A stretch of DNA of 63,200 nt, the filler included, from Reclinomonas americana ATCC 50394 (lineage: Eukaryota), in NCBI GenBank assembly GCA_048213135.1. It is 12 parts of 6 records of this genome, joined end to end, with 100 filler letters (N's around TTAATTAATTAA, not from the genome) between each part and the next. Parts side by side here need not be neighbours in the genome. Positions count along the whole stretch, not along the records: positions 1 to 12,720 come from PS015895.1; positions 12,821 to 15,134 come from PS015895.1; positions 15,235 to 18,676 come from PS015896.1; positions 18,777 to 21,201 come from PS015896.1; positions 21,302 to 31,536 come from PS015896.1; 7 more parts are not named here. One strand, 5' to 3'. The notes beneath the pieces were generated by a model. The model did not search any database. It saw only the letters and a list, made by a program, of their open reading frames with translations, and had not been told where the DNA came from. This document shows positions 11,367-23,618 of this stretch, one piece after another. How positions within the stretch are numbered: position 1 is the first letter of the stretch; each line of letters begins with the position of its first letter. Position numbers and translations under genes: made by a program.

Positions 11367-14300
11367 AGCTGCCACTCCAACTTCCCCTGGTCACTGTTCA
11401 CACGCGACTCACTGCTCAACATCAACGGAGGCACTCTCTCTGCCTCTGCCTCCTCCGCGTGGAGCGACCGCCCTCTGGTGGCCTTTGCGCAGCTTCCCTT
11501 TCGTGTCAACAGTCGGTGCGCGGCAGTGTTCTCCTCGTGGATGCTTCTCGAGGAGGAGATGGTGGCGGTGCGCGAGGCACGCGAGGGCGAGCGGGTGTTG
11601 CGTGGCAATGCGCCGTATGAGGTGCTGCTGGAGAGGGATGGAGGAGGTGGTGGTGCGGTGGTCGTGCGCAGGCATGCGAGGTTGGATCGGGTGAGTGGGA
11701 GATGAGGGCGTGGAGTTTGCGTTTGTGAGCAGACAGTTGTCTTGTTGGTGAGAGTGAGAGAGTGAGAGGTGAGGGAATGAGAGGGAATGTGCGGTGGCGT
11801 GAAGTCCTTGTTTGCGAGCAGACAGTTGTCTTGGTGGTGAGAAGGAGAGAGGATAGGCGAGGGAGTGAGAGGGAATGTGCAGTGGCGTGAAAAACCTTGT
11901 TTGCGAGCTGACAGTTGTCTTGGTGGTTGAGAGTGAGAGAGATAGGCGAGGGAGTGAGAGAATGTGTAGTGGCGTGAAAAACCTTGTTTGCGAGCTGACA
12001 GTTGTCTTGGTGGTTGAGAGTGAGAGAGATAGGCGAGGGAGTGAGAGAATGTGCAGTGGCGTGAAGTCCTTGTTTGCAAGCAGACTGTTGTCTTGGTGGT
12101 GAGAGTGAGAGAGTAATAGGCGAGGGAGTGAGAAAGCAAATGAGAAGAGCTCTTGCACGGTGTCAGTGAGAGTGGCTGCAAGGTTCTGATGAGGGGACGG
12201 CAAGGAAAGAGATGGACAGCGGCAGAAAGATGGCAGTGCGGTGAAGTAGTCGGAGGTGATAGTGAGAATGTGAGCACGGCTTTTGCGTGAACGGTGGGGA
12301 GAAGAGCGGGAAGAGGAGGAGAAAGGTGAGCATTTCGTGTTTGTGATCTGTGGCACGGAGAAAGGCAGGCAGAGAGAGAGAGAGAGAGAGAGAGAGCAAC
12401 ATGTACAGGTCTTTTGGGGTCGAAGGTGTTCTTGAATTGAAGGAAAGGAGAACTGCAGAGAGAAGAGAAAAGTTTGAGTTACGATTACTGCGTGAGCGGT
12501 AGGGACAGAAACCGGTGACGGAGAGATGCATCGGAGCTGTGCATAGTTTGCTGGAGGAAGGTATCCAAGAGACATCGAGAGTGCATTGAATGGAACGATA
12601 ATTAGATGCAGGTTTCTGTGAAACTCGCAGTCCTTTCTGTCGTCCTTGACGGATTACAATTTATATTCCATCCGCACTCCTCTCATCCCCCTCTTCCCCC
12701 TCTTCCCCTCTTCCCCCCTCNNNNNNNNNNNNNNNNNNNNNNNNNNNNNNNNNNNNNNNNNNNNTTAATTAATTAANNNNNNNNNNNNNNNNNNNNNNNN
12801 NNNNNNNNNNNNNNNNNNNNTTTCCCCCTCTCATCACTCTTCCCCCTTTCCCTACCCCTTCTCCCTTCTGCAGCACCCTACCTCCTACCCCCTCCCCACC
12901 CGCCTCCCCGCCTCCCGCCACGACGAAATCGGCCAACCCATGACCCACGTCGACGGCGCCAACGAGTACATGGTGCACCGCAAGAACCAATTTGCCCCCT
13001 CCTACTCCCTAATTATCGAGAATGCGGTGCGTCTTTCTCTCGCTTCATCGCCCTTCCGCGCACAACCTCACTTCATCTCTTCTTCTTCTTCTTCTCCTTC
13101 TCCGTCTCCTTCTTCTTCTTGTTCTTGCTCTTCTTCGTGTTCTATTTCTTCTTCTTCTCCGTGTTCTTGTTCTTCTTCTTGTTGTTGTTTTCTACTTCTT
13201 CTTCTCCTTCCTCCTCCTCCTTCTTCTTCTTCTTCTCCTCCTCCTCCTCCTCCTCCTCCTCCTCCTTCGTCATCTTCTTCTTCCTTCTTCTTGCTGTAAT
13301 TGATTGTCTTTTTCTCCTTCTTCGTGTTCTTCTTGTTGAATTCTTCTTCATCTCCTCCTCCTCCTCCTTCGTCGTCTTCTTCTTTCTTCCTCTTGCCGTT
13401 ATTGATTGTCTGATTAACCTTCTTCATGTGGTTCTTGTTGTTTTTCTTCTTCTCCTCCTCGTCCTCCTCGTCGTCCTTCTCCTTCTTCCTTTCCCTTCCC
13501 CTACACGCAGCTCGTCTCCTCCGACGACGTGATCTTCACCGAGGAGTACGCATTTGTGGCGCGCTCCTGCCGCAAGGTGTGGCCCACCGACTCGTTCATG
13601 TGGGCGGCCGGCGGCATTGCGATGCTGGCCGACGCGGTGCTGCCGCTGATGCAGCTGCACTCCGGCGCCATGTTCCACCTGGTGACGGAGACGCTCGGGC
13701 GGTTGGTGCAGGTGAGCAACAGGGGGAGGGGATAGAAGGAGCGTGAGGAGACACGAAAGGGAGCGCTGAGAACTGCATTGTTGGTGATTTGCTTGATGCC
13801 GCGTTCGAGGTGAGATGCATCAAACAGAGGAGAGAATCGGGAGAAGGGCGACGAAGCCGCTTGGATGTTTGATTTAATTGTGCGAAGAGAGGCCAGAGAG
13901 AGAGTGAGGGGCAGAGGAAGAGCGTTGCAAAAAGGCCGGTGTCGTCGCTTGGTCGATTCTGTGGCGTTCGAGACAAGGGCGACGATGTCGCCTAAAAGTT
14001 TATTGCAGCTGTACCATATCGAAGAGAGAGTGAGAATAGGGTAACGAAGCCACTTTGCAAATATGAAGAGACATGAGAGAGACACATGAGCCGCGGAAGC
14101 AGACAGTGCAAGATAACAGATCGAGAACCGCAAGACAAAAGGAGAACGGCGGCGCGTACTGAGTAAAGAAGATGTGAGAGATGCACAATGCTGTCTGTAT
14201 TGCAACTGAAGATGAGCGCTGATCATAAGAGTTGATTGTCCTGACGTTGATAGTCTCCGTTGCTCTTTTGCTCCTCGTTCTGCTAATGGTTGCCCCTCGC

Positions 14301-16760
14301 AGGTCTGGGACGAAGTCTACGCCGACCGCAGCATCGTCATCCTCACCAAGACCGGCACCTACGGTGCCCCACTCACTCTCGAGATGTTCTCCGCCATGGG
14401 CATCTCTAGCGATCGAGTTGCGTGCAGCCGACTGAAAAAGAGCGCCTGCAATATCTTGACAGTCCATGATGCAGGTAATCATCAACCCGCCGCCGGTGCT
14501 TGCCCGCAAGGTGTACTTTACGAGCGGCGTCTACTGTTGCTTCCCACACCCACCCATATTGGACGAAATCAGTCGTGTGTTTCACATGCTGCACGGGGAC
14601 ATGGTGCGCGCGGCCATGCGTGAGTTGTTTGCGAGTTGCGTGCCGCCCGTCATCTGAGATCTGGATTCGTGGCGCTCCTTGTGTTCCCTCTTCGGCGATG
14701 CAAATCATTTGGTTGATTTCCTTTCCGAATTACATCTTCTATCTGCTCATCTCTTCCGCAGGTGTCCTTTCTGCTCATCGCTTTCTTTTCCCTTATGAGG
14801 ACATCGCCTTTCAGCTTGCTTTCTTTCTCCTGCACGGTTATCATCACATGCTTTCTCCTGAATCTGAAGTCTTTCTGCTCGTCCTTTCTCGTCTTCCTGC
14901 ATCAGTTCTTCATTCGTGGTTTGCATTTCTGCTCGTCACTTGCTGTTCCCTTGTGAGGACTCTTTCTTCTGCTTGTTTCTCGTCCTTTTCTGTGGACTGT
15001 TTGCCTCACGACTGCCGTTGCTGCTCATCGCTTGCTTCTCTTGTGAGGACGCAGTCTTTTACTTGTTTTTCTTCGCAACTTTTCTGCATCTGTTCTCGTG
15101 AAAGGCGTTGTCCCTCTGCCTGTTTGTCTCGTTTNNNNNNNNNNNNNNNNNNNNNNNNNNNNNNNNNNNNNNNNNNNNTTAATTAATTAANNNNNNNNNN
15201 NNNNNNNNNNNNNNNNNNNNNNNNNNNNNNNNNNAACTTTCTTCTCCCCTCCCTCCCTTCCCCTTCCCCTCCCCTTCCCCTCCCCTCCCTTTCCCCAATC
15301 AAAGGCCGTCGCGAGCGCCTCCTTCCCCCCACTCTCCCCACCCACCCCACTCACCTCCCCTCTCGCCCGCACCGCCGCCTCCTGTACCTGGAACGCGTGC
15401 AGACCCGCGCCCTCGTTAACGAGCACGACGTGTTCGCCATGATCGCCAGCGACTTTCCGCACTTTGAGGTGGTGCGGCTGGCGAACGAGGCGTCGGTGGT
15501 CAGCGGCATTGTGGAGACCAACCTGGCCGACGTTGTGTTTGGTCCGCACGGCGCTGGATTCGCGTACCGGGCTTTCGTGCCGCCGGGGAGGCCATGTGCG
15601 CACGTGGAGATCACGCACGGGGGTGGTCATCCGTGGGAGATGACGTGGAATCCGTGCCAGGTGGTGGTGTCGGCCAGCAAGGTAGGAGGGAAAAGATAGG
15701 GGAAGAATGGAGAGAGAGGGATGCAGTCACTGAGAAAGTGGAAGAGAATGGCAGATGGGGAAAGAAGTAAGGCGCCGCATTCTGCTGGAGACGAGCATTA
15801 AGCTAAGCCTGTCGGAGGTGCACGTGGCGAGGACAACGGAGAGCGAGAGAGAGCGAGAGAGAGAGAGAGACAGAGATTGAGAGAGAGACATATCAGCACG
15901 GCAGTCTGCAGCAAGTTCCTGCCGTCAGTGATTCTGAGTGACGCAAGGTGCTGCCTTTTGTTGTAGGGAAGCATGCGAGAGTTGTTGGCGAGATGCTCGT
16001 TGTTGTGTCTCATGAAGGAAGGAAAGAAAGAGTCTCTCTCTTTGAAAGAGTCTCTCTCTCCTCTTTCCTCGTCTTCTATCCTCTCTTCTCTCTCTCCTCT
16101 TCTCTCTCCTCTCGTCACTCTTCTTCTATCCTCTCTTTTCTTTTCACGCGAATCCTCGCAAGCATGACACGTGCGGCATTCTTATCAGCAGCAGCGTGGG
16201 ATGTAGCTATGTGCTCTGTCTTTTCGTGTTAGATATTGCACTGCATGCTGCTTTGTGAGACATCCTTTCATTCGATATTCTCCTTGCCTTGCTGAGCACC
16301 TGAGAAGGAAGATCGTTGGTTTCACTCTGCCTCACTCACTCTCCACTTCTTCTTCTCTCTTCTTCTATCCTCTCTTCTCTTTTCACGCGGATCCTCGAAA
16401 ACTCGCAGCATCCTTATCAGCCGCAGCGTGGGATATAGCTTTGTGCTCTGTCTTTCGCGTTAGATATTGCACGGAATGTTGCATGTTGGAAAAGACTATC
16501 TCCTGTTCATTGGATACTCCCTTAGCCTTGCTGTATCTCCCACAAAAAGCCGACGTTGATTTCACTCTGCTTCACTCACTCTCTCTATCTGTGTGTCTCC
16601 TTCTCCTCATCCGCAGGGCTGCCGCACCTACGTCTACTTCCAGGACCACGCCTCCTCGCGAACCGACTTGTATGCGCCGGTCGACGCCGTGAGGTGGCTA
16701 CTGCAGCAGGCCGACGACTACCTGTCGTCGAACGACGTGTGGAGTGTGTACGATGTGTGA
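11367..16760 (+). CDS. Glycosyltransferase family 61 (DUF563)-like protein (spliced, 5' end uncertain)
   Basis: Exons ~11367-11690, ~12874-13026, 13511-13711, 14303-14416, ~14475-14603, ~15304-15681 and 16617-16760. The motif LLYLERVQTRALVNEHDV...ADVVFGPHGAGFAYRAFVPPG...HVEI matches the GT61 R-x-x-x-NE and D-V-x-x-G-x-HGAG signatures. Attachment of the two 5'-most exons crosses a gap. Confidence 0.75.
11715..12130. repeat. Intronic minisatellite, ~85-90 bp unit, ~5 copies
   Basis: Repeats of gaatgtgcagtggcgtgaa..ccttgtttgcgagc.gacagttgtcttggtggt.gagagtgagaga..taggcgagggagtga. Confidence 0.9.
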
Positions 16761-17286
16761 TGGTCCTGCTGTGCGAACGCCACCGGAAGGGTGAAGCCGC
16801 GCGAATCTGCCACGGCTCGAATGCCCACGAAGCCACCGTCCACAGGGTGGCTATGGTTGCGCTCAAACGCATGCGCGCATCAGTGACTGCTATCAGCAGT
16901 GCGAGATAGAGAGAGAGAGCGCGCGCGATGAGAGAGAGTTGCTTCTCTTTCATTGGGATGGACTTTCTTTCTTATATATGAATGAGTGAAAAAAGAGGGT
17001 GTTTGAATCCTCCCTTGTATGATTGGGGGCGTTGGAAGGGAGATAGAAAGAACGAGCGAGGAGAAGTGGACCACTTTGTGTGGGAGAACTGATATTGAGG
17101 GGAGTTGTGTTTCTCCATGTCGCTTCCCTCTCCAGCCAGGAACTCAGCTTCGCGAGGTTGTGTTTCTTCAATCTCTTGTCACATTCCCCCTCCCATAGAC
17201 CCACTTGCCGGTACACTCCTTTTCTTTTCCACAATCCCTTCCGCTTGGAAGCACGCGAGAACAGCCCTGCCCACTCACTCACTCAC

Positions 17287-20200
17287 TCACTCATCACGCT
17301 CGGCCTCCAAGATCTCGTACCGCGCCCCCGAATTGTACAGCGTCACGCCAAAGCGGAAGCCCTCGTCAATCACGACTTGCGAGATGCGCAGGTCTTCGCG
17401 GAGGCGCACAACAGGTGTGGTGAAGGCGTTGATCTTGTAGCGAATGGTCATTTGTCGCATGTCGAGGTCCACTCGCACGACGTCGCCTGTGGGAGGGGAG
17501 TATGTGGGCACAGAGACACTCACGTTTCAAGAGAAGTGTGGGAAAGCAACGGCGAAACAGATTCTCTACGCCGTTTCGGCAACTATCTCAGTTGCGTCAT
17601 TCATCAACACTTCCACCCTTACCACATGTGTGCTCTACTTTCTGGCCTATCGCTCTTTCTACGCATATTTATTCTTGCATTCTATCTCTCTTTTCTTCTG
17701 CTGTTGCCTCCCCCTTCGCGCATTAATTTTAACATGTCTTCCATCCCTCATGCACTAACTCGCCGCCTTACCTCTCCTCATAGGTATATTCGCCTCCTCA
17801 ACTCTATCGCTTATCAAAGAACTGCGAAGGCATCGGTTTCCCATATCTTCCTCTCCCACTCATTCTCCTCTTCACCCTCTCAGCTGGTACGCTCACCTCC
17901 TCTCGACTTCGCCCTCTACTTCGCCTCTTCCTGCTCATGTACCCCGGCACGCTTACATCGCTCTTGTCGTCCCGCTCTTCCCCATATCTCTTCTCCCCTG
18001 TCTTCTTCCCCTTGCTCTTCCCCTTGCTCTGCCCCTTGCTCTGCCCCTTCTCTCTTCCCCTTCCCTTCCCTTCCCCTCTCCTCCCCTTCTCTCTTCCCTA
18101 TCTCTCTCTTCCCTTCCTCTCTTCCCTTCCTCTCTTCCCTTCCTCTCTTCCGCTTTCTACCTGGAATAAAGTTGTACCGCCGCTGACCGGGCGCCCTCGG
18201 GAGAGCAAACGCCAGCGATCCGTACGCGCCATGGTTGATGCCATTCGGTTCACCATCGTGCAGTGCCCACCCGCAGTGATGCAGGCCGCGTGTGTAGTTC
18301 TCACCGCGCGCTGCCGAGGCGTCTGGCGCGAAGCCGATGTAGTAGTACTACGTGGAGTGCGACAGCGTCAGCCACGCGGACGGAGAGAGGCAGAAGGGGA
18401 GGGGAGGGGGGGAGGGAGGGAGGGAAGGAGCGAGAAGGAGCGAGAGAGAGCGAGAACAAGAAAGAGAGAGAGCGAGAACAAGAAAGAGAGAGAGCGAGAA
18501 CGATCGAGAGAGAGAGCGAGAAGGAGCGAGAGAGAGAGAGAGCGAGCAAGAAGTAGCGAGAGAGAGAGAGCGAGCGAGAACGAGCGAGGAGGGAGAACGA
18601 GCGAGAGAGAGAGGGAGAACGAGCGAGAGAGAGGGAGAACGAGCGAGAGAGAGAGAGAGGGAGAACGAGCGAGAGANNNNNNNNNNNNNNNNNNNNNNNN
18701 NNNNNNNNNNNNNNNNNNNNTTAATTAATTAANNNNNNNNNNNNNNNNNNNNNNNNNNNNNNNNNNNNNNNNNNNNGAAGGCAAAACACGCGCATGTACG
18801 TGGAAGAAGGACGCAACGCAGAAGGCGGTGGCGTGCGTCGTGTCGTTCAGCGTGAGCATCTTTCCATTGGCAGAGACGGCCAGGCGGGCATGCTTAAACT
18901 CCTCGGACCATGTGAACTCGTTGCGGTCTGCATGAGAACAAGACTAAGTGTGCGAAGGAGGAGCAAAGGGCGAAGTCCGTCACGATAAATAAGAGAGCGA
19001 GAGCAATTAATGCTGCCTCCTTCCCGGGATGTATGTGCACAAATGTGAGCGTGCGTTTGAATGTGTTTGACGTTCTCGTTCTCCTTCGCCATTTCTGCCT
19101 CTCGCAGTCTCCCACTTTTCCGTCTTTGGTCTCTTCTCTTTTTTTGTCTCCGGACTTCTGTCACTCTCGGTCTTTATCTTCCGTCTCTTGCATCCGGTCT
19201 GTCTCTCTATCTAGTCTTTGCTCTCTTCCTAATCTGGCAACGTGTCTCTTTTTTTGTCTCCGGTCTTCTGTCACTCTCGGTCTACATCTTCCGTCTCTTG
19301 CAACCAGTCTGTCTCTCTATCTCGTCTTTCGCGCTCTTCCAAATCTGGCAACCTGTCTCTTTTTCGTCTCCCGTCTTCTGTCACTCTCGGTCTTCATCTT
19401 CCGCCTCTTGCAACCAGTCTGTCTCTCTGTCTCGTCTTTTGCTCTCTTCCTGATCTGGCAACCTGTCTCATTTTGTCTCCGGTCTTCTGTCACTCTCGGT
19501 CTTTATCTTCCGTCTCTTGCATCCAGTCTGTCTCGCTCTCAATGTCTCTCTCTGTCTGTTAATTTCTCACTCTCCCAAATCGTGTTCTTCATCTACGTCT
19601 CGTCGTCCGTCGTGCACGCGCAATCGCTCTCCCTTCTCACGCTCGGTCTCTCTCAAGACACATGCTCTGTGCCTCATACTGCACTCACCCTTCGACAACT
19701 TGAGAATCAACTCCGCCAAGCGCCGCACCTCAGCTGACTCCGTGGAGGCAGCAGCAATGCGAGGCAGCTCAGCGATGAACCCAGAGTCCACCAGCTGGTC
19801 GGCCACCGCCCACAATCCGACGCCTGTGTTGCGGAATGAGCAATCACACAACCATCATCCCCTCTCTCAGTGCCTTCTGTTATCTCGCAAACACACGTGT
19901 GCATCACTTCTATACCTTTCGTTTCTCCTTATCAGTCTCCTTCCCCCCTCAACTTTTTCCCTCTCCTACTTCAACTGCTTCTCGCTTCTTCTCCCTCTCC
20001 TTCTCCTTCCTCTTCTCCTTCACCTTCTCCTTCTCCTTCTCCTTTCCCCCTTAACCTATTTCCCTCTCCTCCTTCAACCGCTTCTCGTTTCTTCTCCCTC
20101 TCCTTCTCCTTTCTCTTCTCCTTCACCCTCTCCTTCTCCTTCTCAATCTCAATCTTCTTCGCCATCTCCTTCGCCATCTCCTTCTCCTTCTCCTTTCCCA

Positions 20201-21201
20201 CTTAACCTTTCTCCCTCTCCTCCTTCAACCGCTTCTCGTCTATTCTCCCTCTCCTTCTCCTTCCTCTTCTCTTTCACCCTCTCCTTCTCCTTCTCCTTCT
20301 AATCTCAATCTCAATCTCCTTCTCCTTCGCCGTCTCCTTCTCCTTCTCCTTCTCCTTTCCCACTTAACCTTTTCCCTCTCCTCCTTCAACCGCTTCTCGT
20401 CTCTTCTCCCTCTCGGTCTCCTTCCTCTACTCCTTCTCCTTCTCCTTCTCAATCTCAATCTCCATCTCCTTCTCCATCTCCATCTCCATCTCCTCCGTCT
20501 CCTCCTCCTTCTCCTTCTCCTTCTCCTTTTCCTTCTCCTTTTCCTCTTCCCTTTCCCTTGCGACCCACCTACATAATTGGCAATCACGGCAAACACCTCC
20601 TCGCGCATCTCGGCCGCCGCTGGATCCAACCCGAGCCGAATCAACTCCGCTCCCACCCCATGATCCAGCGCCATTTGCGCATTCAAATGGTGACTGCACA
20701 CGGCGTTGCGCAGCAGGCCGAGAATCTCCGTGTGCAACACATTCACCAGCTCGCGATCACGCAGCATGTCGCCGAGGGCCTCCATGGCGCGGCTCTCGCA
20801 CAGCGCGTCCTGGCCAATCGGCCGCTCGCAAGTGAGGTTCTGCAGGAGGCCGAGTGCCGACCGTCGCAGTTGCAGCGGGTACAGCGAGGAGAGCAGGGAG
20901 GCGACTGCGCCAATGGAGAAAAGGTGAGGGTCAACAGGATATGAAGTGAATGGAAATGGGGCGACTGACCGTGCGGCACAATGTCGGCCTCGAGCAGAAA
21001 CTGGCGGTTTTCCGGGCTGTGGAACGTGCTGCTCCACAGGGCGGCCACGCAGTTTTGCACGCGGTCCAGGAAGGCGTTGGCAGAGGCCGCCGACGACGAC
21101 GAGGAGGTGGGGGAGGCGGCGGAGGCGGCAGCCGCCTCGGCAGCAGCGGCCACGGCGCTGACTGTGGTGGGCGACGTGGCGGTGGTGGCGGTGGTGGTGG
21201 T
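17287..21201 (-). CDS. Armadillo-repeat protein with C-terminal B30.2/SPRY domain (spliced, 5' end in gap)
   Basis: ARM-like helices (SALGLLQNLTCERPIGQDALCESRAMEALGDML...ILGLLRNAVCSHHLNAQMALDHGVGAELIRL). Then PRY/SPRY pieces EFTWSEEFKHARLAVSANGKML (~18820-18925), YYIGFAP...CGWAL (~18162-18345) and GDVVRVDLDMRQMTIRYKIN...FRFGVTLY (17287-17486). Confidence 0.75.
19125..19535. repeat. Intronic minisatellite, ~110 bp unit, ~4 copies
   Basis: tttgtctccggtcttctgtcactctcggtct..atcttccgtctcttgca.ccagtctgtctc recurs at ~19142, 19252, 19363 and 19471. Confidence 0.9.
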
Positions 21202-21301
21202 NNNNNNNNNNNNNNNNNNNNNNNNNNNNNNNNNNNNNNNNNNNNTTAATTAATTAANNNNNNNNNNNNNNNNNNNNNNNNNNNNNNNNNNNNNNNNNNN
21301 N

Positions 21302-21342
<41 letters not shown>

Positions 21343-21856
21343 CACCTCGCATCGCATCACTCAACGCCGCAAAGTCAAACGCTGCTTCCTCATGAATCGC
21401 ACTGCAAAAAATCAATCACAAAATGAGAGAGAAAAAATGAGAGAGAAATTCTCCCGAGAATAAAACACGCACACACTCACTCACTCACACAGAGAGAGAG
21501 AGACAAACAAAGAGAGCGAAATAGAGAGTGAGAGAGTGAGCAGACAACAATGCACACGCATTCATTCTCACCACACAAAGCACGCTCTCTCACACACACT
21601 CACTCTCTTTTTTTCTCTCTCTCTCCCCTCACATGCTCACCTCATTTCTCTTTTATTTGTGTGCGTGCTCGACGTTGACTTCTTGTTCAATGGATTCTTT
21701 TTTCTTCCCGTGAATGATGACACTTACAAAGATGAAGAACAAGCGCGTGTGAGTGCGAGCGCGACAAGTGTTTTTTTGTGCGGAATAAAAGAATCGCAGG
21801 ACACGCGACGTTCAGTGTTTTTCAAGGTTGAAACAAACAAAACAATTCCCCACATG

Positions 21857-21973
21857 CCACATTCCAATAATGCGATAAACACCCACAAATCCCTTGCCGA
21901 CAATGACCTTGGCACAGCAACAATACACAAAACACATACGTAATTTCTTCTCAAACAGTCATTTTCCCTTTCA
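21857..21973. repeat. Interspersed repeat A, copy 2
   Basis: Aligns to 3757-3869. Confidence 0.9.
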
Positions 21974-22333
21974 TGAACGCTGCATGATGATCACCATCTT
22001 CAGTGAGCACCAGAACTGAGTCATCACGGAAACGATGAGAAAGGTCGTAATGTCTACGGATTCAGCATTCCTGCAGACGCTGTCTCCACTCGTCTTCGGC
22101 AGTTGCTGACTTTCGAAACAGTCCTATTTGTCTCTAATCCCGTCTTGTATTGAGCGACACCGCGCCGACGCCGCATGCAGCACCCAGCTACAACAAGATA
22201 TCAAGATCGACATAGGTCGCCAAGAAAAATGCTTATGAGGCTGTGGTCCAGAATCAACCGCATGAACGATTGAGTACTGGGCAAGCTGGTCAACAATTGC
22301 CAAACCGTTTATGCCGCTCCTCTTCACACTTCA

Positions 22334-23214
22334 TCATATCTTCAACCCCGAAGTGCAGTCCCCACTCGTGGCACACGCGGTCGCAATCGACGTGGCCACC
22401 ACACCACTCTTTGGCACACACTGCTTGGTCGACGCAGTAAATGTCCACGACCCGCACGCAGTCAACTGCGAGCACCACAGCGAGCATGCTTGAGGGCCGG
22501 TCGTCGTCTTGATGGCCCACGTGAGATCGCCACCGGGTCGGTCTGCAAACAATGTCAGTCACAGATCTCTCCCTCATCTCTCATCTCTGCGAGGACTCAC
22601 CTGTGCTGGTCAGGAAGCCGCTGCTGTCATAAGCAGCCGCACTTGTCTTTCGTCCCGAAACCAGGCAGAAATGCGAGCCACACACATTGCTGGTTTCTGC
22701 ATTGGCTGCCGTCGCCGGCACAGTGCTCTGCGAGCAACAGGGAGGTGAGCTTGACATTTCCTAACCAACCTTTCTTCGATCACCGATCACGTGCCTTCAG
22801 CGTGCACACACTCATGCCCGACGAGTTCGACACCGCAGCAGCATCCAGGAATGTCCACGATCGACATTGCGAATACTGATCGCACATTTCGCAGCATCCG
22901 ACCTCGCTGGCAACAGCAGGCAGCACAGCAAGGATTGTGCCGCCGGGTCGATCCACGGCCTCGAACAGACACACCTCCAACGCCGCTGCTCGCCATGACG
23001 AAGAGTAAGACGGTCGACAATGGAGTACACTTCAAACTGCAAGCACAACGCAACGAGCCACAACTCCATTCTGCACCGCTGAACAGCCTGTGCCCCAAGC
23101 TATGCAGGCATCCCAATCATCGTCAGTAAGGATCACATGTTCACGTTCAGGCAACACATAACGTGCACAAGAACGTCTGTTATTTACACACACATACACC
23201 GAGAGAGAGAGAGG

Positions 23215-23292
<78 letters not shown>

Positions 23293-23384
23293 CACAGACA
23301 GACAGACAGGCAGACATACATAGAGAGAGAGAGAGAGAAAGACAGACAGAGACAGACAAATAGGCAGACAGACAGACAGACAGG

Positions 23385-23460
<76 letters not shown>

Positions 23461-23485
23461 GAGACAGACAGACAGACAAACAGAC

Positions 23486-23522
<37 letters not shown>

Positions 23523-23547
23523 TACATACATACATACATACATACAT

Positions 23548-23618
<71 letters not shown>

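Noticed and set aside
11715..12130. Regularly spaced repeats resembling a CRISPR array (also 19125-19535, 32625-33075)
   Set aside because: Units are tandem with no unique spacers, lie inside eukaryotic introns, and no cas genes are present.
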